From contig JACQKT010000014.1 of NCBI GenBank assembly GCA_016204355.1, positions 1 through 43,920 on the forward strand: a DNA stretch of 43,920 nucleotides, in the 5' to 3' direction. How positions within the stretch are numbered: the first letter of the stretch is position 1; each line of letters opens with the position of its first letter. This DNA is from Candidatus Liptonbacteria bacterium. GTDB lineage: Bacteria; Patescibacteriota; Minisyncoccia; UBA6257; 2-01-FULL-56-20. Made by a program: the position numbers and the translations under genes. This document shows, piece after piece, positions 8,356 to 17,041 of the stretch. The notes under the pieces were generated by a model, which was given only the letters and a program-made list of their open reading frames with translations, was not told where the DNA came from and searched no databases.

Positions 8356-8398
8356 GTTTGGTTGAGTTCAATCTGTGCAAGCAATAGCTCAACCAAAC
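8356..8398. repeat. Hairpin upstream of the LAGLIDADG-like gene
   Basis: GTTTGGTTGAGTT-N17-AGCTCAACCAAAC. Confidence 0.65.
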
Positions 8399-8441
8399 GT
8401 GGATTTTATCAGGTTTTTAAGGTGCGGCGGAGAAGTATTTT

Positions 8442-8852
8442 TCAAGCGCCCGCTTTGAATACGCCTCTGTCGATTAGTTCTTTGAGATACACATCGAGAT
8501 TCGGCAACGATTTCATCTCTTCAAAACTTACCCATCTGAATTCATCGTGCTCCGCAGGATTCAAGTCGGGCATCCCGTCCATCTCTATTATGTAAGTCAG
8601 CCGAACAATGTGCCGTCCGCCGTAGGAAGGGAAAATGTCCTGGGCGGCGATTATTTTTTCCTTGCCGTCGAAATCAAGTCCCGTTTCCTCTCTTATCTCG
8701 CGGATAAGGTTGTCGCGGAGCGGAATGCCCGGCTCTATCCGCCCGCCGGCTATATCCCAAACCCCTTTGGCTTCGCTCCCGGAACGTCGAAGCAAAAGGT
8801 ATTTGCCTTCTTTGTTTCGAATAACGGCCTTGACTCCAACTTGTAAATCCAT
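8442..8852 (-). CDS. NUDIX hydrolase
   Basis: Nudix box GGRIEPG...REIREETGL. Confidence 0.9.
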   Translation of the reverse strand: MDLQVGVKAVIRNKEGKYLLLRRSGSEAKGVWDIAGGRIEPGIPLRDNLIREIREETGLDFDGKEKIIAAQDIFPSYGGRHIVRLTYIIEMDGMPDLNPAEHDEFRWVSFEEMKSLPNLDVYLKELIDRGVFKAGA

Positions 8853-8856
8853 TTTG

Positions 8857-8928
8857 AGCCGGAGGCGAGATTCGAACTCGCGACTTGCTGTTTACAAAAC
8901 AGCTACTCTACCACTGAGTTACTCCGGC
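8857..8928 (-). tRNA. tRNA-Thr(TGT)
   Basis: Acceptor GCCGGAG/CTCCGGC, anticodon arm GCTGT-TTTGTAA-ACAGC, T-loop GTTCGAATC. Confidence 0.97.
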
Positions 8929-8998
8929 AATTGTGCGTTAAACTCTACCAAAAACGAGGTTTGGTGTAAATTGCGGCTGCCGCCGACTTCCTGCTAAA

Positions 8999-11900
8999 AT
9001 GAAGCAGAATTCGATGCCTAAATTTACTCATTTACATACACATTCGCACTATTCCCTTCTTGATGGGCTTTCCAAAATCGACGGGCTCGTAAGCCGCGTA
9101 AAGGAGCTTGGAATGGATTCTCTTGCCGTTACCGACCACGGAACGCTTTACGCCGCAGTTGAGTTTTACAAAAAAGCTAAGGCTGCCGGAATCAAACCGA
9201 TATTGGGTGTCGAAACTTACGTGGCTCCGCGCGACCGCTTTAGCCGCGAGCCGAACGAAAAATATTTCCATCTTACTCTTCTTGCCCGAAACAACACCGG
9301 CTGGAAAAATCTCATAAAACTGATTACCAAAGCCCACCTTGAGGGATTTTATTACAGGCCGCGTGTCGACAAAGATTTGCTGCGCAAATACCACGAAGGG
9401 CTTATAGCGCTTTCAGGATGCTACTCCGGCGAACTCGCGAGGGCGATACTCGACAATAAAGACGCCGAAAAAGTAATCGGAGAATACAAAGAAATTTTCG
9501 GCCCGGAAAATTATTACATCGAAATCGGACATCATCCCAATTTCAATCCCGCATGGCACGAAAAAGTATGGAAGACACTTATCGAATTGAGTAAAAAAAC
9601 CGGAACTCCGCTCGTCGCGACGCAGGACAGTCATTACCTAAGGAAAGAAGACGCCGAATATCACGACATCCTCCTCGCGGTGCAAACCGGAAACAAGCTT
9701 CAGGACGAAGACCGCATGTCCATGAAAGCCGACGATTTCTCAATTACGTCGCCGGAACAGATGGCGGAAATTTTCAAGGAAATCCCCGAAGCGGTCGAGG
9801 AATCGCACAAAATCGCCGAAAAATGCAATGTCGAACTGGAATTGAATAAAATCCTGCTTCCGAACTTCCCTACGCCGAACGGACAAAGCGCGAATGATTA
9901 CATCAAAGAGCTTATCGAACAGAAAATAGGAGAACGCTTCTCGCCAAAAGAACAAACCAAGGAACTCAGGGAGCGTCTTGAATATGAACTCGGCGTTATC
10001 ACCAAAACTGGTTTCGCCGATTATTTCCTCATTGTCCAGGACCTTATTTCATGGGCCAAAATACATGGCATAACCGTCGGACCCGGACGCGGTTCGTCCG
10101 CAGGGAGCCTTGTTTCCTATATCCTCGGCATAACGGACGTCGATCCTCTAAAGTATGAGCTAATCTTCGAGCGTTTTTTGAATCCGGAAAGAATACAGAT
10201 GCCCGATATCGACATTGACTTCGCCGACAAGCGCCGGGACGAAGTACTTGCTTACGCGCGCCAGAAATACGGCGAAGACAGAGTTGCGCAGATAATAACT
10301 TTCGGAACAATGGCCGCGCGGGCGGCGATACGCGACGCCGGACGGGCGATGGGAATCTCCTACGGGTTCTGCGACCAAATCGCGAAGCTCATTCCTTTCA
10401 ATCCTACGCAAGGGATGAAAGAGGGATGGCTTGAAAAATGTCTCGAGAAAGTCGATGACCTGAAAGAGATGTACAAAGAAAACGCGGATGCAAAAAGGCT
10501 GATAGACGCGGCTATGCATCTTGAAGGAGTCGCCAGGCACGCTTCCGTCCACGCCTGCGGCACGGTCATATCGAAAGACTCTTTGACAGAACACGTTCCG
10601 CTCCAGTTCGCGCCACAAGACAAGGACATAGTAATCACGCAGTTCGAAATGCACAGCGTCGAAGACCTAGGGCTTTTGAAAATCGATTTTCTCGGATTGA
10701 AAAACCTCACGATAATAGAGGAAACTATCCGTCTTATAAAAGAGCTTAGGGACGAAGACATAAAAATATCCGAGCTGCCGCTCAACGACAGAAAAACTTT
10801 CGAACTTTTGCAACGCGCGGACACAACAGGTGTTTTCCAGCTCGAAGGCGACGGGATGCGGAGGTATCTGAAAGATCTCGTTCCGACGGAATTCGAGGAT
10901 ATAGTCGCTATGATTTCGCTTTATCGCCCGGGCACCCTCGAGACCGGAATGGTCCCCCGCTACATCGCGCGCAAGCACAAAAAGGAAAAGGTCACGTACC
11001 TCCATCCCAAACTCGAACCGATCCTGAAAAGAACATACGGGATAATGCTTTACCAGGAACAGCTCATGCAGGTCGCGCGGGAACTTGCCGGGTTTACCTT
11101 TTCAGAAGCCGACACTTTGCGAAAAGCCGTTGGAAAGAAAATAAAATCGCTACTTCTCGAGCAGGAAGAAAAAATGGTGAAAGGAATGATAAAAAACGGC
11201 ATCGTCAAATCAATGGCGGAAGAAATATGGAAATGGTTCGAACCGTTCGCGCGTTACGGATTCAACAGAAGCCATGCCGTTTGCTACGCCCTTATCGGCT
11301 ACAGAACCGCTTATCTCAAAGCGCATTATCCGGAAGAATTCATGGCGTCGCTTTTCAATGCCGAAATCAGCGACATCGACCGCATAGCGTTCCTCGTAAA
11401 TGAGGCAAGGCAAAAAGGAATAGAAATACTCACGCCCGATGTAAACAAAAGCTCGGTCAATTTTTCTCCGGAGGGAGACAAAATACGATTCGGGCTTCTC
11501 GCGATAAAAAACGTAGGCGGCGCGATAGTTCGGGCGATAATCGATGAGAGGCTTGGCCGCGGCGAATTCAAGGATTTCGCGGACTTCCTCAACAGGATCC
11601 AACATAAAGACCTGAATAAAAAGTCTCTCGAAAGTCTCATAAAAAGCGGGGCTCTTGATTCGCTCGGCACGGAACGGAAACAGGCGCTGGAAAACCTCGA
11701 CGAGATACTCCACTTCAGCGCTTTGATAAAAAAGGGAAATCAGCAAACCGGACAATCGCTTTTCGGGAATGTCCCTGCGGCCCCGTCATTCAAGTTTTCT
11801 AAGAACGCCGAACCGGCGACTCCGCTCGAAAAACTCGGTTGGGAAAAAGAGCTTCTCGGACTTTATCTCTCCGGTCATCCTCTCAATTCTTATAAAGAAA

Positions 11901-12205
11901 AAATGGGCAAGCTCGGCATTTGTACGATACGGGAGGCATGTTCCAAAGAAAAGAAAAATCAAGTGGTGAAAATCGCCGGAGCCGTGTCGGAAATAAAAAA
12001 GATATTGACGAAAAACGGCCAGCCGATGATTTTCGTGAAAATAGAAGATTTTTCGAAAGAACCTTTGGAGGTTGTCGTGTTTAACGACACACTTTCGAAA
12101 ACCATCGATGTCTGGAAAGAAAACAGCGTGGTCGCGGTGAAAGGAAAAATGTCTTGGCGGAACGGCGAACCGAATATGGTTTGCGAGAAAGCGATTAAGC
12201 TGTGA
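8999..12205 (+). CDS. dnaE: DNA polymerase III alpha subunit
   Basis: PHP domain HLHTHSHYSLLDG/TDHG, GPGRGS, PDIDID, YGFNRSHA, OB fold; start may be ATG 9014. Confidence 0.98.
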   Translation: MKQNSMPKFTHLHTHSHYSLLDGLSKIDGLVSRVKELGMDSLAVTDHGTLYAAVEFYKKAKAAGIKPILGVETYVAPRDRFSREPNEKYFHLTLLARNNTGWKNLIKLITKAHLEGFYYRPRVDKDLLRKYHEGLIALSGCYSGELARAILDNKDAEKVIGEYKEIFGPENYYIEIGHHPNFNPAWHEKVWKTLIELSKKTGTPLVATQDSHYLRKEDAEYHDILLAVQTGNKLQDEDRMSMKADDFSITSPEQMAEIFKEIPEAVEESHKIAEKCNVELELNKILLPNFPTPNGQSANDYIKELIEQKIGERFSPKEQTKELRERLEYELGVITKTGFADYFLIVQDLISWAKIHGITVGPGRGSSAGSLVSYILGITDVDPLKYELIFERFLNPERIQMPDIDIDFADKRRDEVLAYARQKYGEDRVAQIITFGTMAARAAIRDAGRAMGISYGFCDQIAKLIPFNPTQGMKEGWLEKCLEKVDDLKEMYKENADAKRLIDAAMHLEGVARHASVHACGTVISKDSLTEHVPLQFAPQDKDIVITQFEMHSVEDLGLLKIDFLGLKNLTIIEETIRLIKELRDEDIKISELPLNDRKTFELLQRADTTGVFQLEGDGMRRYLKDLVPTEFEDIVAMISLYRPGTLETGMVPRYIARKHKKEKVTYLHPKLEPILKRTYGIMLYQEQLMQVARELAGFTFSEADTLRKAVGKKIKSLLLEQEEKMVKGMIKNGIVKSMAEEIWKWFEPFARYGFNRSHAVCYALIGYRTAYLKAHYPEEFMASLFNAEISDIDRIAFLVNEARQKGIEILTPDVNKSSVNFSPEGDKIRFGLLAIKNVGGAIVRAIIDERLGRGEFKDFADFLNRIQHKDLNKKSLESLIKSGALDSLGTERKQALENLDEILHFSALIKKGNQQTGQSLFGNVPAAPSFKFSKNAEPATPLEKLGWEKELLGLYLSGHPLNSYKEKMGKLGICTIREACSKEKKNQVVKIAGAVSEIKKILTKNGQPMIFVKIEDFSKEPLEVVVFNDTLSKTIDVWKENSVVAVKGKMSWRNGEPNMVCEKAIKL

Positions 12206-12213
12206 ACAACATA

Positions 12214-12249
12214 ATGCGAACGGTGCGAATCGTATGCGAATACCGCGAA
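12214..12249. repeat. Tandem (T/C)GCGAA motif array
   Basis: Four GCGAA units; 12234-12249 matches 28328-28343 at 15/16. Confidence 0.65.
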
Positions 12250-12273
12250 AAGATTTTTTTAAATTCGGAAATG

Positions 12274-12307
12274 AAAATAGTGCTATCACGCGTGATAGCA
12301 CTATTTT
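12274..12307. terminator. Perfect 34-bp palindrome between convergent genes, probable bidirectional terminator
   Basis: AAAATAGTGCTATCACG|CGTGATAGCACTATTTT. Confidence 0.7.
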
Positions 12308-12322
12308 TACATAGGGGGTTAT

Positions 12323-12730
12323 TTAATCTCCATTTAGAATGGAATTGTGGTACTTCCCCGGTTCGTGCGCTGGAATTATTTTTATTTTAAGCGGCCAGTC
12401 GAAATCCTTCAAAGAATTTTCCAGGTCTTCCTTCAATTCGGTCTGGTCATAACCGAGAGCAACAACGTCGGGGCGGAGTTTTTTTACGATTTCCCACGAA
12501 CCGATCTCGACGTCCCCCTCGACGGCTCCGTCGACGCCATCCTGCGTTTCTATGTGCGCGATTCTTTCGGCTATGTTTCTCGCCGGCCCTCTGCCTTTCA
12601 AAATTTCCACCACTTTGTCCGCCGCGACCACGGCCGTAAGATGATCGCCTAATTTCTTCGCTTCGTTCAAAAAATATCTATGTCCGTCATGAACTCCGTC
12701 AAAGACGCCGAAAACGATCACTTTTTTCAT
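12323..12730 (-). CDS. Cytidylyltransferase-family nucleotidyltransferase (RibL/TagD-like)
   Basis: FGVFDGVHDGH (HxGH), PDVVALGYDQ. Confidence 0.8.
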   Translation of the reverse strand: MKKVIVFGVFDGVHDGHRYFLNEAKKLGDHLTAVVAADKVVEILKGRGPARNIAERIAHIETQDGVDGAVEGDVEIGSWEIVKKLRPDVVALGYDQTELKEDLENSLKDFDWPLKIKIIPAHEPGKYHNSILNGD

Positions 12731-12749
12731 ATTGGGAGAATATAACGTT

Positions 12750-14198
12750 CTACGCTTTTGGACGCATCAACGGAAAAATTACTGTCTCTCTGACGGGCTT
12801 ATCCATCAAAACCGCGAAGAGGCGTTCGGAAAGTCCGAAACCGGCTGCCGGAGGCATTCCGTATTCGAGCGCTTCCAAAAAATCTTCGTCGAGGAACTGC
12901 GCTTCTTTGTCCCCCGCCGCGCGCAGTTTCATTTGCTCCTCGAAACGGGCGCGCTGGTCAAGCGGGTCATTCAGTTCCGAGAAGCCGTTACCGAGCTCGG
13001 TGCCGCACGCGATAACCTGGATTCTTTCGACAAGCGCCGGATTTTTTTCCGAACGCTTTGCAAGAGGCGCCACTTCAACAGGTTGGTTTATAAGAAAGCA
13101 GGGCTGAATCAAAGTCGGCCTCACGGTTTTTTTGAAAATTAGATCGATAAGCCGTCCTTTACCCAGATGTTTTTCCGGTCCCAAGCCGAGAGAAACGGCT
13201 TTTTTGAAAAGTTCGTCGCGAGAAGCAGAAATCGGATTGATTTTATTCGCTTTTTCAAAAGCTTTTACATACTCGATCTTCGGCCATTTCTTGGTCCAAT
13301 CGATTGTTTTTCCCTGATGAGAAGTTTTCAGCCCGCCGGTAGTTTTTTTGACGACGGCCTTGTACATCTTTTCGACAAAATCTATCAAGTCGTTGTAATC
13401 GCGGTATGCCCAGTAGAATTCCAACTGCGTGTAATCCTGCAGATGTTCGCGGTCGATTCCTTCATTCCTGAAAACACGGCCGATCTCGAAAACTTTCTCG
13501 TAGCCGGCGACGAGAAGTTTTTTAAGAGGCAGCTCGAGAGAAATGCGGAGATAAAAATCCGTATCGAGAGCGTTATGTCTCGTCTTGAATGGTTCGGCCT
13601 CTGCTCCACCCGGTAAAGCTTCGAGTGCGGGTGTTTCGAGCTCTAAAAATTTTTCTTTCAAAAGAAAATCTCTGAACGACTGCCAAAAAACGCTTTTCTT
13701 CCGAAACATTACTTTCGTTTCCGGATCGAGTATTATGTCTATGTAACGTTTGCGCAGGCGCGTTTCGGTTTCTTCGAGACCGTACCATTGGCTCGGCAAT
13801 GGCCTCAAAGATTTGGCTGCAAACCAGAGTTCCTTTGCCTCGATGCTTTCTTCTCCTTTTTTTGTCTTAAAAACAGTTCCGCCGACCGACAAAAAATCAC
13901 CGCGGTCCAGCGTTTCCTTGAAAAGTTCGAAATTTTTAAGCGCGTCTTTTTTGATGATGGCCTGGATTTTTCCGCTTTCGTCGGTAATGTCCGCAAATAT
14001 AAGGTTTCCTTGGTCGCGTAATCCTGTCACTCTTCCTGCAACACAAATTTTCTTTCCCGCTTTTTCGAGCGCCTTGAATTTATTCCGCGTTTCGCCGATG
14101 GAAATTGTCCTTTTTACGGAAGAAGGGTAGGGATTTACTCCGGCTTTTTTAAGCCGGGAAAGTTTTTTAAGCCGTTCCTGAATTATGTCGTCGAGCAT
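12750..14198 (-). CDS. lysS: Lysine--tRNA ligase (class II)
   Basis: OB fold, LRISLELPLK, FRNEGID, GFSELNDP, YGMPPAAGFG. Confidence 0.97.
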   Translation of the reverse strand: MLDDIIQERLKKLSRLKKAGVNPYPSSVKRTISIGETRNKFKALEKAGKKICVAGRVTGLRDQGNLIFADITDESGKIQAIIKKDALKNFELFKETLDRGDFLSVGGTVFKTKKGEESIEAKELWFAAKSLRPLPSQWYGLEETETRLRKRYIDIILDPETKVMFRKKSVFWQSFRDFLLKEKFLELETPALEALPGGAEAEPFKTRHNALDTDFYLRISLELPLKKLLVAGYEKVFEIGRVFRNEGIDREHLQDYTQLEFYWAYRDYNDLIDFVEKMYKAVVKKTTGGLKTSHQGKTIDWTKKWPKIEYVKAFEKANKINPISASRDELFKKAVSLGLGPEKHLGKGRLIDLIFKKTVRPTLIQPCFLINQPVEVAPLAKRSEKNPALVERIQVIACGTELGNGFSELNDPLDQRARFEEQMKLRAAGDKEAQFLDEDFLEALEYGMPPAAGFGLSERLFAVLMDKPVRETVIFPLMRPKA

Positions 14199-14202
14199 CT
14201 GG

Positions 14203-14667
14203 TTACTCGATTTTCATTATCTGATAGTCCGCTTTTCCTCCGGGCGTTACAACCATGACTTTCTCTCCGACTTTCCTGTCCAAAAACGCCCGCCCTAGTG
14301 GAGATTCATTGGAGATCCTGCCTTCTTCCGGTTTCGCTTCGTTTGATCCGACTATGCGATATGTAAAAACACTGTCGTCTCTTTTCACTGTGACCGTAGA
14401 GCCAATGAACACGCTATCGCTGGCGCTTTTCTTCTCGCTCTTGATTATCGCTGCTTTCTTGATTATGTCATCAAGTTCCGATATGCGTATCTCGACGCGG
14501 CTTTGTTCTTCACGCGCTTCCGTGTATTCCGAATTTTCGGAAAGATCGCCGAATTCTTTTGCCTGTTTAAGCCGGTCGGCGACTTCACGCCTTTTTTCGT
14601 TTTTCAGCGCGTCGAGTTCTTTTTCCAGTTCTTCGAAACGCTCTTTGGTAAGATAGTATTTGTCCAT
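14203..14667 (-). CDS. greA: Transcription elongation factor GreA
   Basis: GDLSENSEY, ISNESPLG; real start MDKYYLT at 14667. Confidence 0.96.
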   Translation of the reverse strand: MDKYYLTKERFEELEKELDALKNEKRREVADRLKQAKEFGDLSENSEYTEAREEQSRVEIRISELDDIIKKAAIIKSEKKSASDSVFIGSTVTVKRDDSVFTYRIVGSNEAKPEEGRISNESPLGRAFLDRKVGEKVMVVTPGGKADYQIMKIE

Positions 14668-14680
14668 AGTTTTTACGGTT

Positions 14681-14756
14681 AATCGCCAATCGCTTATGGC
14701 TAATGGCATATAAAAATTCTGTTTAGGCGATTTGCTATTTGCTATTTGCTATTTGC
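14681..14756. repeat. Two opposed heptamer arrays
   Basis: AATCGCC AATCGCT TATGGCT AATGGCA (14681-14708) and about 3.9 copies of ATTTGCT (14730-14756). Confidence 0.75.
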
Positions 14757-15496
14757 CCGTTATAAGCGTCCATAATTATCCACCAACGGATTTTAACGTT
14801 CTCCGCGAAAGTTTTCAAGTAAGCCGAAAATTTTACGCGGGACTCGGCGTTATTAACCCAGTGCACCGGCATCTCTTTGATGCGGTATCCGAAATGCCTT
14901 GCAAGCGCAAGCGCTTCTATGTCGAACCCCCAGCCGTTTACTTTCGATGCCCCGAATATCCTTTCGGCGGATTCTTCCGTGAACACTTTGAATCCGCACT
15001 GCGTGTCCCAAATTCCCGGAACGTTGACCGCCTGTATTATCAGATTGCTGAGTTTGCCGAGAAGCTGCCTGTAAAAAGGCTGGGGAGGATCGAGCCTGCT
15101 GCCCTTGACAGCGCGCGAGCCTATGACCACGTCGAATTTTTCGTTCCCGTTCCCTCCCTGCAAATAAGGAAGCATTTTGTCGAAATGATCTATAGACGTG
15201 GAATTGTCGGCGTCGGTAAAAAGACGGTATTCGCCCTTTGCCAAGAGCATCCCTTGTTTTACGACTCCCCCCTTGCCCTGATTCGTTCTGTTGTCTATGA
15301 GCTTTAGATTTTTTATTGCGGGCGACATCTTTTCGACAACCCCCGCGGTATTGTCGGTCGAACCGTCATTGACAACCAGAATTTCGTATGAATATTTGAC
15401 GCGGCTCAGGCGTTTATCCATATCGACAAGAGTCAGCGGGAGGCGTTCTTCTTCGTTATAAGCCGGAATTATAATGGACAAAAAAGGTTTGGACAT
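14735..15496 (-). CDS. GT2 polyprenyl-phosphate glycosyltransferase (ALG5/DPM-like)
   Basis: IIPAYNEE, VNDGSTD, NQGKG, FTDAD, DTQCGFK, FDIE. Confidence 0.88.
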   Translation of the reverse strand: MSKPFLSIIIPAYNEEERLPLTLVDMDKRLSRVKYSYEILVVNDGSTDNTAGVVEKMSPAIKNLKLIDNRTNQGKGGVVKQGMLLAKGEYRLFTDADNSTSIDHFDKMLPYLQGGNGNEKFDVVIGSRAVKGSRLDPPQPFYRQLLGKLSNLIIQAVNVPGIWDTQCGFKVFTEESAERIFGASKVNGWGFDIEALALARHFGYRIKEMPVHWVNNAESRVKFSAYLKTFAENVKIRWWIIMDAYNGQIANSK

Positions 15497-15498
15497 TT

Positions 15499-16260
15499 TT
15501 ATATTCTAGTCAAAACTTTCGGCCCGTTTTTCGTTATGGCGAGGGTTTGCTCGAAATGAGCCGAAGCCGAACCGTCGGCGGTGGCAAAGCTGTCGTCATC
15601 CAACTGCTTAATCCTTCCTTTCCCGGCTGCAACCATCGGCTCGATCGCGATTACCATTCCTTCTTTCAGTTCTTCCCCTTCGCCGCGCCTGCCGGAATTA
15701 TAAACGTAGGGATCTTCGTGAAGGTCGCGCCCGACACCGTGCCCGGTCAGGAGGTCTACTACGGAAAATCCTTTTGCTTTCACGCAGTGTTCGATGGCAA
15801 AACCTATGTCGCCCAAAGTCCTGCCGGGACGCGCTTCTTCGATACCCAATTCAAGGGCTTTTTTCGTCGTTTCGATGAGTTCTTTTTTCTTTGCGTCGAT
15901 AGCGCCTACACCCACGGTAACCGCCGCATCTACATAAAATCCTTCGTGCTTCAAACCAAGGTCTATTTTGACGATATCGCCGCTTTTGATGACGTAATCC
16001 GAGGGCACTCCGTGAACTATAACCTCATTCACGGAAACGCATGCGGTCGCCGGATATGCCTTTTTTGCCCCGTGCGGACGGTAATTCAAAAATGCGGGCT
16101 CGCATCCCGCTTCTCTTATCAGGCGGTTGCTTAGCTCGTCTATTTCTTTGGTTTTCATTCCTGCGCGCACACTTTTCGCCGAAGCTTCAAGAACGGACGC
16201 AAGGCGCTTCCCCGCTTCCGCCATTATCTCAATTTCTTCCTCAGTTTTTAAAGTGGACAT
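15499..16260 (-). CDS. map: Type I methionine aminopeptidase
   Basis: VHGVP, KIDLG..D, GHGVG..LHEDP, IAIEPM, SAHFE. Confidence 0.96.
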   Translation of the reverse strand: MSTLKTEEEIEIMAEAGKRLASVLEASAKSVRAGMKTKEIDELSNRLIREAGCEPAFLNYRPHGAKKAYPATACVSVNEVIVHGVPSDYVIKSGDIVKIDLGLKHEGFYVDAAVTVGVGAIDAKKKELIETTKKALELGIEEARPGRTLGDIGFAIEHCVKAKGFSVVDLLTGHGVGRDLHEDPYVYNSGRRGEGEELKEGMVIAIEPMVAAGKGRIKQLDDDSFATADGSASAHFEQTLAITKNGPKVLTRI

Positions 16261-16915
16261 TTATTTTTTGAAAAACTCTGTACGGCGGCGGCGTGCCGTC
16301 GATATTTATTATCTTATAACCGCGCTTTCTCAATTTTTCGAAAACCGGCTTGGTGCGGTTTTTGTATTCCTCCAGACGCACTTTTATGGATGCGGGATTA
16401 TCAAGTGTGCGCCTGTAAAGTTTCCCTCCGCAAACGGGGCAGTATTTAGGATTTTTCGACGGATAGAATTTTGTCAAAAGCGGCGCGCCGCAAAAATTAC
16501 AGACGAAACGTTTCGAATTTCTTTTGATGGATTCCGCAACCGGCACATCGATAAAAAAAACATATATATTGCTTCTTCCGTAAAGTTTTTCAAGAAATGG
16601 AGCAAGCTTTTCGGCCTCGTAAGCCGTCCGCGGAGAACCGCTGAAGACAACTCCCCATCCAGCTTTCGCTATGGAAAGAATCTTCTTTTTTATTTCGCCT
16701 ACTACGAAACTCGGCGTAACCAGGCGCCCCGTGTCGAAATTTTTCTTTTCTTTGATAACTGTTTTTTTTTGCCTGTTGACGGGGTCGTTCAGAATCGATT
16801 CCAGGTGCTTCCCGGTATTGAAATGCATGAGTCCAAGTTTGTTTGCCAAAAAATCGGCCTGCGTGCTTTTGCCGCTGCCCGGAACTCCCATTAAAACAAT
16901 AGCCTTTTTAGTCAT
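16241..16915 (-). CDS. adk: Adenylate kinase with zinc lid
   Basis: GVPGSGKSTQ P-loop, GSPRT, CNFC..CPVC lid; directly upstream of map. Confidence 0.85.
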   Translation of the reverse strand: MTKKAIVLMGVPGSGKSTQADFLANKLGLMHFNTGKHLESILNDPVNRQKKTVIKEKKNFDTGRLVTPSFVVGEIKKKILSIAKAGWGVVFSGSPRTAYEAEKLAPFLEKLYGRSNIYVFFIDVPVAESIKRNSKRFVCNFCGAPLLTKFYPSKNPKYCPVCGGKLYRRTLDNPASIKVRLEEYKNRTKPVFEKLRKRGYKIINIDGTPPPYRVFQKINVHFKN

Positions 16916-17016
16916 CGAGAATGACAACATTATATATCACCAGCCCGGAAATTTACAATCGGCAGCGAGGAGTAAAGTGAAATTTATTTTCATTTTATAC
17001 GAACGAACCGATTGAA

Positions 17017-17041
17017 GCGATGTCGCTACGCTCGACATCGC
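17017..17041 (-). terminator. Hairpin immediately after the copper ATPase stop
   Basis: GCGATGTCG-CTACGCT-CGACATCGC; weak U tract. Confidence 0.5.

Noticed and set aside
8999-12205. Inteins or introns in dnaE (also checked nrdJ and rpoBC)
   Set aside because: Lengths are normal or compact, with no intein-like insertion evident
12214-12307. CRISPR array
   Set aside because: Repeat units are too short, with no unique spacers and no cas genes
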